DNA from: an uncultured Desulfuromonadales bacterium
GTDB lineage: Bacteria; Desulfobacterota; Desulfuromonadia; Geobacterales; CAIOGM01
Assembly: GCA_903929485.1 (NCBI GenBank)
Contig: CAIYUY010000021.1
Coordinates: 830 to 64,829 of the forward strand
Direction of reading: 5' to 3'
DNA length: 64,000 nt
How positions within the stretch are numbered: the first letter of the stretch is position 1; every line of letters starts with the position of its first letter. The position numbers and the translations under genes are program-made. This document shows positions 29,500 to 38,283 of the stretch, in pieces. The notes beneath the pieces are model-generated. The model saw nothing but the letters and a program-made list of their open reading frames with translations. It had not been told where the DNA came from and ran no database searches.

Positions 29500-29997
29500 G
29501 TGGAGGCACACGTGCTCGACAGGAACAAAATACGGCATCAAATCAGACAGATCCTCACCCTGGACAGCCATCCGGGGCATATCGCCGCCGGCTTGGCCGT
29601 GGGAGTTTTCATCAGCTTTACCCCCTTCTTTGGTATCCATACCCCATTGGCCATCGCCGCCGCCTTTCTCTTCCGCCTCAACAAGCTCACCTGCATCACC
29701 GGCGCCTGGCTCAACACACCGCTGACTGTCTTCCCCGCCTTGGGAGTCAGCTACAAGCTCGGCAGAATCCTTCGCGGCCTCCCTCCCCAGGAACTTCACA
29801 TCAAGGGGCTGGAATGGCAGCACCTCAAGGGGCATGCCACGTCGCTCCTTCTGGGAAGTTCCATCCTCGGTTTTGCCGCGGCGATTGCTTCCTACTTCAT
29901 CTGCTACTACCTGGTTGTCCGGTTTCGAAGAAAAGATGAGACGCAAGCGGAACTGACCCGCGAGATGGAAGTAACGGGAGAGGATATGGAACTGTAG
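29500..29997 (+). CDS. DUF2062-like membrane protein
   Basis: HPGHIAAGLAVGVFISFTPFFGIHTPLAIAAAFLFRLNK pattern. GTG start; 29512 is an alternative. Confidence 0.7.
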   Translation: MEAHVLDRNKIRHQIRQILTLDSHPGHIAAGLAVGVFISFTPFFGIHTPLAIAAAFLFRLNKLTCITGAWLNTPLTVFPALGVSYKLGRILRGLPPQELHIKGLEWQHLKGHATSLLLGSSILGFAAAIASYFICYYLVVRFRRKDETQAELTREMEVTGEDMEL

Positions 29998-30212
29998 CAA
30001 CGCCATTCCCATCCGGGGAAATCCGAGACAAAAAACCGACAGCAGAGTTCTCACCCCACGCCTGCCTTACCCCGTTATCCGCTACAAGCCGCCTCCCACG
30101 GAACGATTTTTGAAAGCAACTCCGGATTCACCCTGCTGCAACCTGCCGATTTTATGGCCTTATCAAGGAATCCAGGTAGCTATTTCCTGCGAATCATGGA
30201 CTCACATGATTT

Positions 30213-30228
30213 TGGCTCGCTGTTTGCA
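30213..30228 (+). promoter_or_regulatory. Sigma-54 (-24/-12) type promoter candidate
   Basis: TGGCTC-GCTGT-TTGCA has canonical GG/GC spacing. It lies ~50 nt upstream of the ATG at 30280. Confidence 0.5.
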
Positions 30229-30279
30229 TCTGATCCTCAGGAAGTTCCGGTATAAGAATAAGAGTGTGAGGAGTAGAGT

Positions 30280-31047
30280 ATGATTGCTAAAATATTCAAT
30301 ATCGCCATGGCGCTTCTTTTCGCCGTACTCTCTTCCGTGACATGCCTGCACGGATTCGCCGCTATCCAATTCAAGGTCGTCATCGCGGCGGTTACTCTCT
30401 TTTTCATCATGGCGGAACTGGCCCTTTATTACCTCCTGGGGAGGCTCGTAACCGGAAATACTCCGGACGAAGAACAGCCTGAATCGCTGAAAGTGGTTCA
30501 CCGGGAAACGCCGGTAGTACGGGAAGAGAACAGCCTTGGGAAACTCCTCTCCCAATTGCCCCCCCCCTGGATCGTACTGAAAAATTTTTACCGTAACGGG
30601 GTCGACGCCGACTTCGTCGTTATCGGTCTCACCGGCATCCATCTTATTAACGTCAAGGATGTTCGTGGCACAATAGAAAAATCCGAAACATTCCTCATTT
30701 TGAACAATAAAAGGTTAATATGCGACTTTATCGCCAACGTGAAGGATCAGGCTGATGAGCTTCAGAAAGATTTCAGGTCGTTCGGCAAGACAGGGAGCGT
30801 CATAAAACCGGTGCTCTGCTTCTCTAACGCTCATCTGAGCAGAGGCTCCGCCGGAAGGTATGATGAGGTTCTGGTCACATCAACGCAAAGCATCATCGAC
30901 CAGATCACGGGAGATAATCAGGTGCTCAACTCTTTCGACGTGTACGGAGTCTATACCGTTCTCTGTCGGAATTCAGTTTTCCGCAAGCTTTCCACGCACA
31001 ACCCCTTCAATGGCGGCTTCTCCGGAGGAGAGCCGAATCCGGCCTGA
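30280..31047 (+). CDS. Membrane-anchored NERD (nuclease-related) domain protein
   Basis: Two N-terminal TM helices, then LPPPWIVLKNFYRNGVDADFVVIGLTGIHLINVKD, a NERD-like core. Confidence 0.65.
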   Translation: MIAKIFNIAMALLFAVLSSVTCLHGFAAIQFKVVIAAVTLFFIMAELALYYLLGRLVTGNTPDEEQPESLKVVHRETPVVREENSLGKLLSQLPPPWIVLKNFYRNGVDADFVVIGLTGIHLINVKDVRGTIEKSETFLILNNKRLICDFIANVKDQADELQKDFRSFGKTGSVIKPVLCFSNAHLSRGSAGRYDEVLVTSTQSIIDQITGDNQVLNSFDVYGVYTVLCRNSVFRKLSTHNPFNGGFSGGEPNPA

Positions 31048-31108
31048 ACAAAAAAAACCTCCGTCTTCAGGAGAAGGGCGGAGGAAAACGTACTGGGAGT
31101 GTAACCGG

Positions 31109-32110
31109 TTATTTCCCCAGGAATGGGGTCAGGATATCATAGGCGAGGAAAGAGACGACTCCGGAGGCTGGGATGGTGAGGACCCAGGCAATGACGATGC
31201 GACCGGCTATTTTCCAGTTTACCGCGGTAAGCCGCTTGGTCAGGCCGACCCCCAGTATGGTCGAGGTAATGACATGAGTTGTGCTGGTTGGCATCCCGAA
31301 GGCGGACGCTCCAAGGATGACCCCAGCCGATGCGGTCTCCACCACAAAACCGTTCACCGGCGTCAGCTTTACGAAGTCATGACCCACGGTCTTGATGATT
31401 CGCCAGCCGCCGGCGGCGGTACCGCAGGCCATGGCGATGGCGCACGCCATCTTGACCCATACCGGCACGACAAAGCTCTGAAGTGTCCCATAACTCACCA
31501 GCGCCATGGTGATGACCCCCATGGATTTCTGTGCGTCGGCGGTGCCGTGGGAAAAAGCCATGAAAGCAGCCGACACAACCTGGAGTTTTCGAAAATTACG
31601 ATTAAGATTTGGTGGCGCCTTCACATGGAAAGCCCACATTATTCCAAGCATGATGATAAAGCCGACGATGGTGCCGAGAACCGGCGAGATAAGAAGTGCA
31701 AGAATTATTTTGCGCAGACCGCCCCAGTGAAGCGCCGCGACCCCGTCATGGGCGATGACCGCCCCCATGATCCCGCCGATGATGGCGTGAGACGATGACG
31801 AGGGGAGCCCGTAATACCAGGTAATAAGATCCCAAATGATTGCCCCGGCCACCGCGGCGAGAACCACCATCTGAGTGATATGCGAGGCGTCAACAATCTC
31901 CTTCCCGATGGTTCCGGCGACCTTGGTGGAGATCATCGCCCCGGCGAAGTTCAGCGTAGCCGCCATGATAATGGCCGACCTGATGGAGAGCGCACGGGTG
32001 GAGATGCAGGTGGCGATGGCGTTGGCGGTATCGTGAAACCCGTTGATATAGTCGAATGCCAGGGCCGCGAAAATAACCAGCCCCAGCATGAGGAGCGATG
32101 TTTCAGGCAT
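31109..32110 (-). CDS. pit: Inorganic phosphate transporter, PiT family
   Basis: FDYINGFHDTANAIAT and a second GTADAQK/THV repeat; polytopic. Confidence 0.95.
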   Translation of the reverse strand: MPETSLLMLGLVIFAALAFDYINGFHDTANAIATCISTRALSIRSAIIMAATLNFAGAMISTKVAGTIGKEIVDASHITQMVVLAAVAGAIIWDLITWYYGLPSSSSHAIIGGIMGAVIAHDGVAALHWGGLRKIILALLISPVLGTIVGFIIMLGIMWAFHVKAPPNLNRNFRKLQVVSAAFMAFSHGTADAQKSMGVITMALVSYGTLQSFVVPVWVKMACAIAMACGTAAGGWRIIKTVGHDFVKLTPVNGFVVETASAGVILGASAFGMPTSTTHVITSTILGVGLTKRLTAVNWKIAGRIVIAWVLTIPASGVVSFLAYDILTPFLGK

Positions 32111-32720
32111 TTTTCAGAACCACGCTTTCAAGAATATTGGCGGCATCCTCGCATTTATCCGTGGCGCGCTCCAGGGTTTCGTAAATCTCTTTCCACTTGA
32201 GGAGCTGAATGGGGTCTTTCTCCTCATCAAAGAGCCGGCTAATTGCCTCGCGGCAGACCCGATCCGCTTCATTCTCCAGGGAGTTGACCTCAACACAGTA
32301 TTCCGAGATCGGCTCCAGCTTCCCTCCCAGCTTTCCCACCGCTCTTTCCAGGGTCTGGCACGCCTTGAGGATGATAAAAGCGAGTTCCTTGGATTCCGGA
32401 GTCGGTTTTTCCACGTTATACATGACGATGCGCTGGGCGGAGGCGTCGATGAGATCGAGAATATCATCCAGGGCGGAGGAGAGAGCGTAGATGTCCTCCC
32501 GGTCAAAGGGGGTAATGAAACTCTTGTTGAGCTTCTTGATGATCTCGTGTGTCTGAGAATCACCCTTATGCTCGACCTCCTTGATCTTACGCTGACTCGT
32601 CACCGGATCGACGAAATAATCCAGGAGTTCCTTCAGCAGCTGGGCCCCCTCAACGATATTGGCGGCCATCTCACGGAACATCTGAAAGAACTTTTCATCC
32701 TTGGGGATCAGGCCGAACAT
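32103..32720 (-). CDS. DUF47 / PhoU-like Pit accessory protein
   Basis: MFGLIPKDEKFFQMF...FDREDIYALSSALDDILD...; overlaps the pit start by 8 nt. The start is moved in from 32903. Confidence 0.9.
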   Translation of the reverse strand: MFGLIPKDEKFFQMFREMAANIVEGAQLLKELLDYFVDPVTSQRKIKEVEHKGDSQTHEIIKKLNKSFITPFDREDIYALSSALDDILDLIDASAQRIVMYNVEKPTPESKELAFIILKACQTLERAVGKLGGKLEPISEYCVEVNSLENEADRVCREAISRLFDEEKDPIQLLKWKEIYETLERATDKCEDAANILESVVLKNA

Positions 32721-32873
32721 ACTCTCCTCCGGCGTTGCTTGACCTGCGTGCAACGCATTCTCCGCATGGATTTGACAATCTCGCCACACTAGCACAACCT
32801 CCATTCTTTGCCCACTTAAAACTTCCATAATTTCTTCTTGACAGAATCGTTCGGAATCAGCGATTATAACCCC

Positions 32874-32972
32874 ATGAATATTTTCGGAGCATCCGCACTG
32901 CACTCTTTTTCCTTTTGGTACGGCTATTATTTTAGCCCGTCTACCCGGGGAAGAGGTCTGGATCGAGGATAG
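32874..32972 (+). promoter_or_regulatory. Candidate leader peptide ORF rich in Phe/Trp/Tyr upstream of DAHP synthase
   Basis: My translation gives MNIFGASALHSFSFWYGYYFSPSTRGRGLDRG*. TTGACA at 32838-43 with GATTAT 18 nt later would place the transcript start at about the ATG. No SD sequence is present. Confidence 0.35.
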
Positions 32973-33113
32973 CAGCCGACATCAAACAGACCAAAGCCGA
33001 GGGTGGACAAAGAGAGCGTATCTCCCCCCGGCTTTTAATTTCCAGAGTGTGCGGCCGGGGGATAATCTCTTCTGGCCGTTTTTTGGTTTTTGGCGACAAA
33101 AGGAGCAGACAAG

Positions 33114-34133
33114 ATGATCATCGTCATGAAGGCGGGAGCAACGCGGCAGGATCGGGACGAGGTGCTGGAGCGGATCAAGGAGCTGGGTTACCAGCCCCAT
33201 GTGATTCACGGCACGACCAGGGATGTCATCGGCGCCATCGGTGACGAACGAGGCAAGCTTATCCTCCACTCACTGGAGTCCATGCATGGGGTGGAGAATA
33301 TAGTGCCCATCCTCAAGCCTTATAAACTGGCGTCACGGGAGATGAAACGGGAAACGACCCTCATCCGGCTGAGCGATACGGTGGCCATCGGCGGCGATGA
33401 GATCATTGTCATGGCCGGTCCCTGCTCGGTGGAAAGCGAAGAGCAGATCCTGGAGTGCGCCCTGGCGGTGAAGGCGGCGGGCGCCCAGGTGCTCCGTGGC
33501 GGGGCATTCAAACCCCGCACCTCCCCCTACTCCTTCCAGGGGATGGAAGAGGAAGGATTGAAACTTTTAGCCAAGGCCAGGGAGCTCACCGGCCTCCCGG
33601 TGGTAACCGAGGTCATCAATCCGGAAACAGCGGAACTGGTGGCCGAGTATGCCGATATCCTCCAGATCGGCGCCCGCAACTCCCAGAACTTCGCCCTGCT
33701 GAAGAAAGTGGGACAGCTCAAACGACCGGTCCTTCTCAAGCGCGGCATGGCCATGAGCATCCAAGAATTTCTCATGAGCGCAGAATACATCCTTTCCGAG
33801 GGGAATCAGCAGGTCATCCTCTGCGAACGGGGAATCAGAACCTTCGAGACGGCCACCCGTAATACCCTGGACCTATCCGCCATCCCGGTCCTCCGGGGGA
33901 TGACCCATCTCCCCGTTATCGCCGACCCTTCCCACGGAACCGGCAATTACCACTATGTTGCTCCCATGGCCTATGCGGCAGTGGCGGCCGGAGCCGACGG
34001 CCTCATGATAGAGGTTCACCCCGACCCGGAACGGGCGACCTCCGACGGGCCCCAGTCGCTGAAGCCGTCAAAGTTCGCCTCCATGATGACGACACTGCGT
34101 AAATTCGCCGACGCCGCCGACCGACGACTGTAA
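33114..34133 (+). CDS. 3-deoxy-7-phosphoheptulonate (DAHP) synthase, type I-beta with N-terminal ferredoxin-like regulatory domain
   Basis: MIIVMKAG... is the regulatory domain. The core has GPCSVES...[17 protein letters not shown]...QIGARN...KRG...DPSH. AAAGGAG RBS. Confidence 0.9.
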   Translation: MIIVMKAGATRQDRDEVLERIKELGYQPHVIHGTTRDVIGAIGDERGKLILHSLESMHGVENIVPILKPYKLASREMKRETTLIRLSDTVAIGGDEIIVMAGPCSVESEEQILECALAVKAAGAQVLRGGAFKPRTSPYSFQGMEEEGLKLLAKARELTGLPVVTEVINPETAELVAEYADILQIGARNSQNFALLKKVGQLKRPVLLKRGMAMSIQEFLMSAEYILSEGNQQVILCERGIRTFETATRNTLDLSAIPVLRGMTHLPVIADPSHGTGNYHYVAPMAYAAVAAGADGLMIEVHPDPERATSDGPQSLKPSKFASMMTTLRKFADAADRRL

Positions 34134-34226
34134 GAATACCGAGCCAAACATTAATAGGTAAAAGTATACTGTACTAACGCTAATGGGTCGTGTATTCTGT
34201 GTGATATCAACACGGAGGTGCTTCCC

Positions 34227-34700
34227 ATGAAATCGCGACTGGTGCTCTTTGTCACACTCTTCATCTTCTGCGGCACGCTATTTAACACTTCACCCTCCGC
34301 CACCGGCGGGGATCTTCCGGCCGGCGAAGTTACAAAGGATCTGCTGAAAACCCTCGATCTCTGGCGCGAGGGAAACTACGTGGAGCTCTTCGGACGCGTC
34401 ACCGAAAGCGGCGGCCATACCGGAGAGTATTTTTCCTCGCATCTTGCCGTTGCACCGCGCAGACCAACCTGCTGCTGGGATAAGCTCCAGGAAATACGGG
34501 TGACATTCAAGGACGACCGACGGGCGACACTTCACGGGAAGTTCGGATTCGACGCCGGAATCGGCGTCGAATTCATGACCAGAGGGGTCAAACTGGAAAA
34601 AGACGACGGTATCTGGAAACTGAAGATGTCCGATCTGCTGGCGCTCTCGGGAAAAGGAAAAAAAGTTCGCGGCGGGAAGAAGAAGGTGAAGCGAGGTTGA
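34227..34700 (+). CDS. Secreted hypothetical protein with Lys-rich tail
   Basis: Signal peptide MKSRLVLFVTLFIFCGTLF and GGAGG RBS. No family is recognised. Confidence 0.55.
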   Translation: MKSRLVLFVTLFIFCGTLFNTSPSATGGDLPAGEVTKDLLKTLDLWREGNYVELFGRVTESGGHTGEYFSSHLAVAPRRPTCCWDKLQEIRVTFKDDRRATLHGKFGFDAGIGVEFMTRGVKLEKDDGIWKLKMSDLLALSGKGKKVRGGKKKVKRG

Positions 34701-34709
34701 TCCTTTCTC

Positions 34710-34749
34710 AATCCGGCAGAGACGCAACATCTTGCGTCTCTGCCGGATT
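34710..34749. terminator. Bidirectional hairpin (18-bp perfect stem) between convergent genes
   Basis: AATCCGGCAGAGACGCAA-catc-TTGCGTCTCTGCCGGATT. Confidence 0.7.
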
Positions 34750-34754
34750 TCACT

Positions 34755-36290
34755 TTATTTTTTTTCGACCGCTCCTTCCTTCCCCTCTTCATGCTTAACC
34801 TTGGGAGGCTGGTGGCAGTCACTGCAATTGGTCTTGTAAATCTCGTCGCCGATATTCACCGGGTGGGTAAATGAGGTCGCGGCGGCGCCCGACGGCACGT
34901 TCTCCTGAACCTGACGCATGACCTTATGGCAGAGGTTGCAATCCTTCCGGATGACATGGCCATCGGCGGATTTATGCTTGTCGTCATGACAGCGGAAACA
35001 GCCGGGGAAGTTGAAGTGACCGATGTTGTTGGGATAGGTCTGCCACGAAGCGTTCATCCTCGGAAAGAAGTTGTGCTCGTAGACCTCCTGACATTCGGCG
35101 ATAGCCTTCAGGATCTGCGCTGACTTCTCCTTGGCCAGGACCGGATAGTTCTTGGCGTAGTAATCGGTAATCCCCTTGTCTATGGCCTCCTTGGCCTCCT
35201 TGGTGGTTTTATAGGCGGTATTGGTCATGAGCCCCACGGCGACTTTCTTGAAATAAGGGAGATTGGTGTCGATATTCCCCGCATGCAAGTTGGCGTCGAT
35301 GGCTTGCCCCGGCGACTTGTAGATGTGGGACGGGCGATTATGGCAATCGATGCAATCCATGATCCGCTTCTCGCCGTGCGCCACCTGCTCCGTGGTGAGC
35401 GGCTTCTCGCCGGTCATGTATTCCCGGATCTTGCCATCCTTCCCCTTGACGCTGATATAGGGTATATCCTGGCGGCTTTTATCCCTGGGGATGTAGGAGA
35501 CCTCCTGGCCGATGTGCCAGTGGACCCCCCCCTCCAGCGGCGTCTCCGGAGTGCCGTTGATAAATATGAGCAGGTCTACTTCCCTTGGGGTGTTTTTCTC
35601 GTTGGGAGCGTAGTGATAGAACTTCTTTATCCGCGGTGAAAAGAATTTCTCGGGCCAATGACACCCCTCGCAGGTATCGCTGGAGGGGCGAAGACTCATG
35701 ACCGGGGTCTCGATGGGGCGGGGGAAGGTGTTGAAGAGGACCGCCAGCATCTGCCGGGTACCGGAGACCTTGGCCTTCACATACCATTGGGCGCCGGGGC
35801 CCACATGGCACTCCACGCACTTCACCTTGGCGTGGGGGGAATGCTGCCACGCCACGAATTCCGGCTCCATGGCGACATGGCAGAGTTTACCGCAGAAAGT
35901 CACCGACTCGGTGAATTCATATCCCTTAACCCCGGACAGGGTGATGAGAACGGAAAAAATAAGGGTCGCCAGGGTGAAAAAGACGGCGATCTTCCTTTTT
36001 TTAGGATCGTTGAAGTCCAGCACCGGATACTTGGGCACGGCGCCGGGGTTGGCGCCGCGTAGCCGGTTCCTGGTCAAAAGGATTCCCACGGGGACCAGGA
36101 ACAGACCGGCAACGAGAATGGCTGGGAACAGGAAATAAATGAGGATACCCAGATACGGATTATTAACCTCACGCATCAACTCGATGGCCGAAAAAGAGAC
36201 TATCAGCCCCGTACCCACCAGGATCAGAATGACCCCGAGAATACTGATCACGTTCCAGACATACACCAAGTTGTTTTTCCAAGCCGCCAT
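34755..36290 (-). CDS. ImcH-like inner-membrane multihaem cytochrome c (3 TM, NapC/NirT-like, 7 haem motifs), paralog 1
   Basis: Three N-terminal TM helices. Haem motifs: CGKLCH (CX3CH), CVECH, CEGCH, CIDCH, CFRCH, CNLCH, CSDCH. NapC-like segment CHVAMEPE. Confidence 0.7.
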   Translation of the reverse strand: MAAWKNNLVYVWNVISILGVILILVGTGLIVSFSAIELMREVNNPYLGILIYFLFPAILVAGLFLVPVGILLTRNRLRGANPGAVPKYPVLDFNDPKKRKIAVFFTLATLIFSVLITLSGVKGYEFTESVTFCGKLCHVAMEPEFVAWQHSPHAKVKCVECHVGPGAQWYVKAKVSGTRQMLAVLFNTFPRPIETPVMSLRPSSDTCEGCHWPEKFFSPRIKKFYHYAPNEKNTPREVDLLIFINGTPETPLEGGVHWHIGQEVSYIPRDKSRQDIPYISVKGKDGKIREYMTGEKPLTTEQVAHGEKRIMDCIDCHNRPSHIYKSPGQAIDANLHAGNIDTNLPYFKKVAVGLMTNTAYKTTKEAKEAIDKGITDYYAKNYPVLAKEKSAQILKAIAECQEVYEHNFFPRMNASWQTYPNNIGHFNFPGCFRCHDDKHKSADGHVIRKDCNLCHKVMRQVQENVPSGAAATSFTHPVNIGDEIYKTNCSDCHQPPKVKHEEGKEGAVEKK

Positions 36291-36661
36291 CCGTCACCCC
36301 CTGGAGCAGGTACCGCGCCTGCTCCTGAATTGCCTACCTACGTGCTGGGAGTTACCTTACTACCATGAGCAGATAAATCCAAGCAGAATCAGCAGAGCCG
36401 ATATTATTGTTCGTTTTTGTCGTAATCCCGCAACATGTCAAAGAACTCTAAAAAAATAGGGCACTTATCCCATCGCTGAAATCACGGCTTTCCTTGGCGG
36501 AACTCCCGGACATGCAACCGAGGGAAGAAACTATCCTGAATAGTATCGGGTAGTTCAGTGACACATGGATCCATCGTTTACCTTACTCCGATTCCTTGTA
36601 AAGTAGAGTCAGGAACTGTAAAGAAGCGTAAGGTGCTGATTCCGCTTTTGTTGCAAAATAG

Positions 36662-38191
36662 TTACAATTCGGCCCTCTTTTTCCCCTCTTCATGCTGAAT
36701 CTTGGAAGGCTGGTGACAATCGCTGCAGTTGCTTTTGTAGAGTTCGTCGCCGATATCCACCGGATGGGTGAACGAAGTCACGGCGGCGCCGGCCGGAACA
36801 TTTTCCTGAATCTGCCGCATGACCTTATGGCAAAGGTCACAATCCTTCCGGATGACATGGCCATCGGCGGATTTATGCTTATCGTCATGACAACGGAAGC
36901 AACCGGGGAAGTTGAAGTGACCGATGTTATTTGGATAGGTCCGCCATGAGGCATTCATCCGGGGAAAAAAGTTTGTTTCGTAGAGTTCCTGGCTTTCGGT
37001 AATGGCCTGCTGAATCCGCGCGGACTTCTCCCTGGCCAAGACAGGATAGTTCCTGTCATAGTAATCATGTATCCCACCGGCGATGGCGTCCTTGGCTTCC
37101 CCGGTTGTTTTGTAAGCGGCGCTTGTCATGAGTCCCACGGCAACCTTCTTGAAGTAAGGGAGGGAGGCGTCGATAACTCCCGCGTGCAGGTGGGCGTCGA
37201 CGGCCTCCCCCGGCGACTTGTAGATGTGGGAAGGCCGATTATGGCAGTCGATGCAATCCATGATCCGCTTCTCACCATTGGCCGCTTCACCCTTCCCCAG
37301 CGGTTTCTCACTGGTCAGGTACTCCCGTATTTTACCATCCTTCCCCTTGACGGAGATATAGGGGATGTCCTGACGCTTCTTGTCCCGGGAAATATAGGTA
37401 ACTTCCTGACCGATGTGCCAGTGGACCCCACCCTCCAAGGGCGTCTCCGGAGTGCCGTTAATGAAGATGAGCAAGTCGGTTTCCCGGGGGGTGTTCTTCT
37501 CGTTGGGAGCGTAGTGATAGAACTTCTTCAGGCGGGGTGAAAAGAATTTCTCGGGCCAATGGCACCCCTCGCAGGTATCCCTGGACGGGCGGAGGCTCAT
37601 GACCGGAGTCTCAATGGGGCGAGGAAAGGTATTGAAGAGAACCGCCAGCATCTGCCGGGTTCCCGAAGCCTTGGCTCTCACATACCATTTGACACCGGAG
37701 CCCACGTGGCACTCCACGCACTTCACCTTGGCATGAGGGGAGCGCTGCCACGCCACATACTCCGGTTCCATGGCCACATGACAGAGTTTGCCGCAAAAGA
37801 TCACCGACTCGGTAAATTCATACCCCTTGACCGCGGAGAGGGTGATGAGAACCGATAAGACCAAGGTCGCCACCGTAAAAAAAAGAGCGATCTTCCGTTT
37901 TTTCAGATCGTTGAAGTCCAGAACCGGATACTGGGGCACGCCGTCGGGGTCGATGCTGCGTGACCGGTTCCGGGTCAAAAAAATACCGATGGGCACCAGG
38001 AGCATGCCGAAAACCAGAAGCAGCGGAAAAAAGAAATAGATGAGAATACCCAGATACGGATTATGGACCTCGTGCATCACCTCGATGGCCGAAAATGAAA
38101 CGATCAGACCCGTACCCACCAGGGTCAGTGCGAACCCGACGATACTGATCGGGTTCCAGGCATACACCAAGGTATTTCTCCACGCCGACAT
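36662..38191 (-). CDS. ImcH-like inner-membrane multihaem cytochrome c, paralog 2
   Basis: Collinear with 34755-36290 (roughly four-fifths identical by eye), with the same seven haem motifs including CGKLCH. Confidence 0.7.
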   Translation of the reverse strand: MSAWRNTLVYAWNPISIVGFALTLVGTGLIVSFSAIEVMHEVHNPYLGILIYFFFPLLLVFGMLLVPIGIFLTRNRSRSIDPDGVPQYPVLDFNDLKKRKIALFFTVATLVLSVLITLSAVKGYEFTESVIFCGKLCHVAMEPEYVAWQRSPHAKVKCVECHVGSGVKWYVRAKASGTRQMLAVLFNTFPRPIETPVMSLRPSRDTCEGCHWPEKFFSPRLKKFYHYAPNEKNTPRETDLLIFINGTPETPLEGGVHWHIGQEVTYISRDKKRQDIPYISVKGKDGKIREYLTSEKPLGKGEAANGEKRIMDCIDCHNRPSHIYKSPGEAVDAHLHAGVIDASLPYFKKVAVGLMTSAAYKTTGEAKDAIAGGIHDYYDRNYPVLAREKSARIQQAITESQELYETNFFPRMNASWRTYPNNIGHFNFPGCFRCHDDKHKSADGHVIRKDCDLCHKVMRQIQENVPAGAAVTSFTHPVDIGDELYKSNCSDCHQPSKIQHEEGKKRAEL

Positions 38192-38283
38192 ACGTCCTCC
38201 CGATTACGATAACGTCAAATTATCAAGCATGTTGATAACCATGCGACTGTTGTCCCAAAGGCTAAAACAACCGCCGGGCGCCC

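Noticed and set aside
36291-36661. Cyclic-dinucleotide (GEMM-type) riboswitch upstream of the cytochrome, PEP-CTERM and giant-protein genes
   Set aside because: I read the minus-strand leaders at 36291-36661, 44905-45183 and 58610-58860. I found no GGCAAACC...GGGACGCAAAGCC-type core, only a simple hairpin (GGAGCAGG...CCTGCTCC) before the RBS at 36305-36330. A cmsearch would be needed to be sure.
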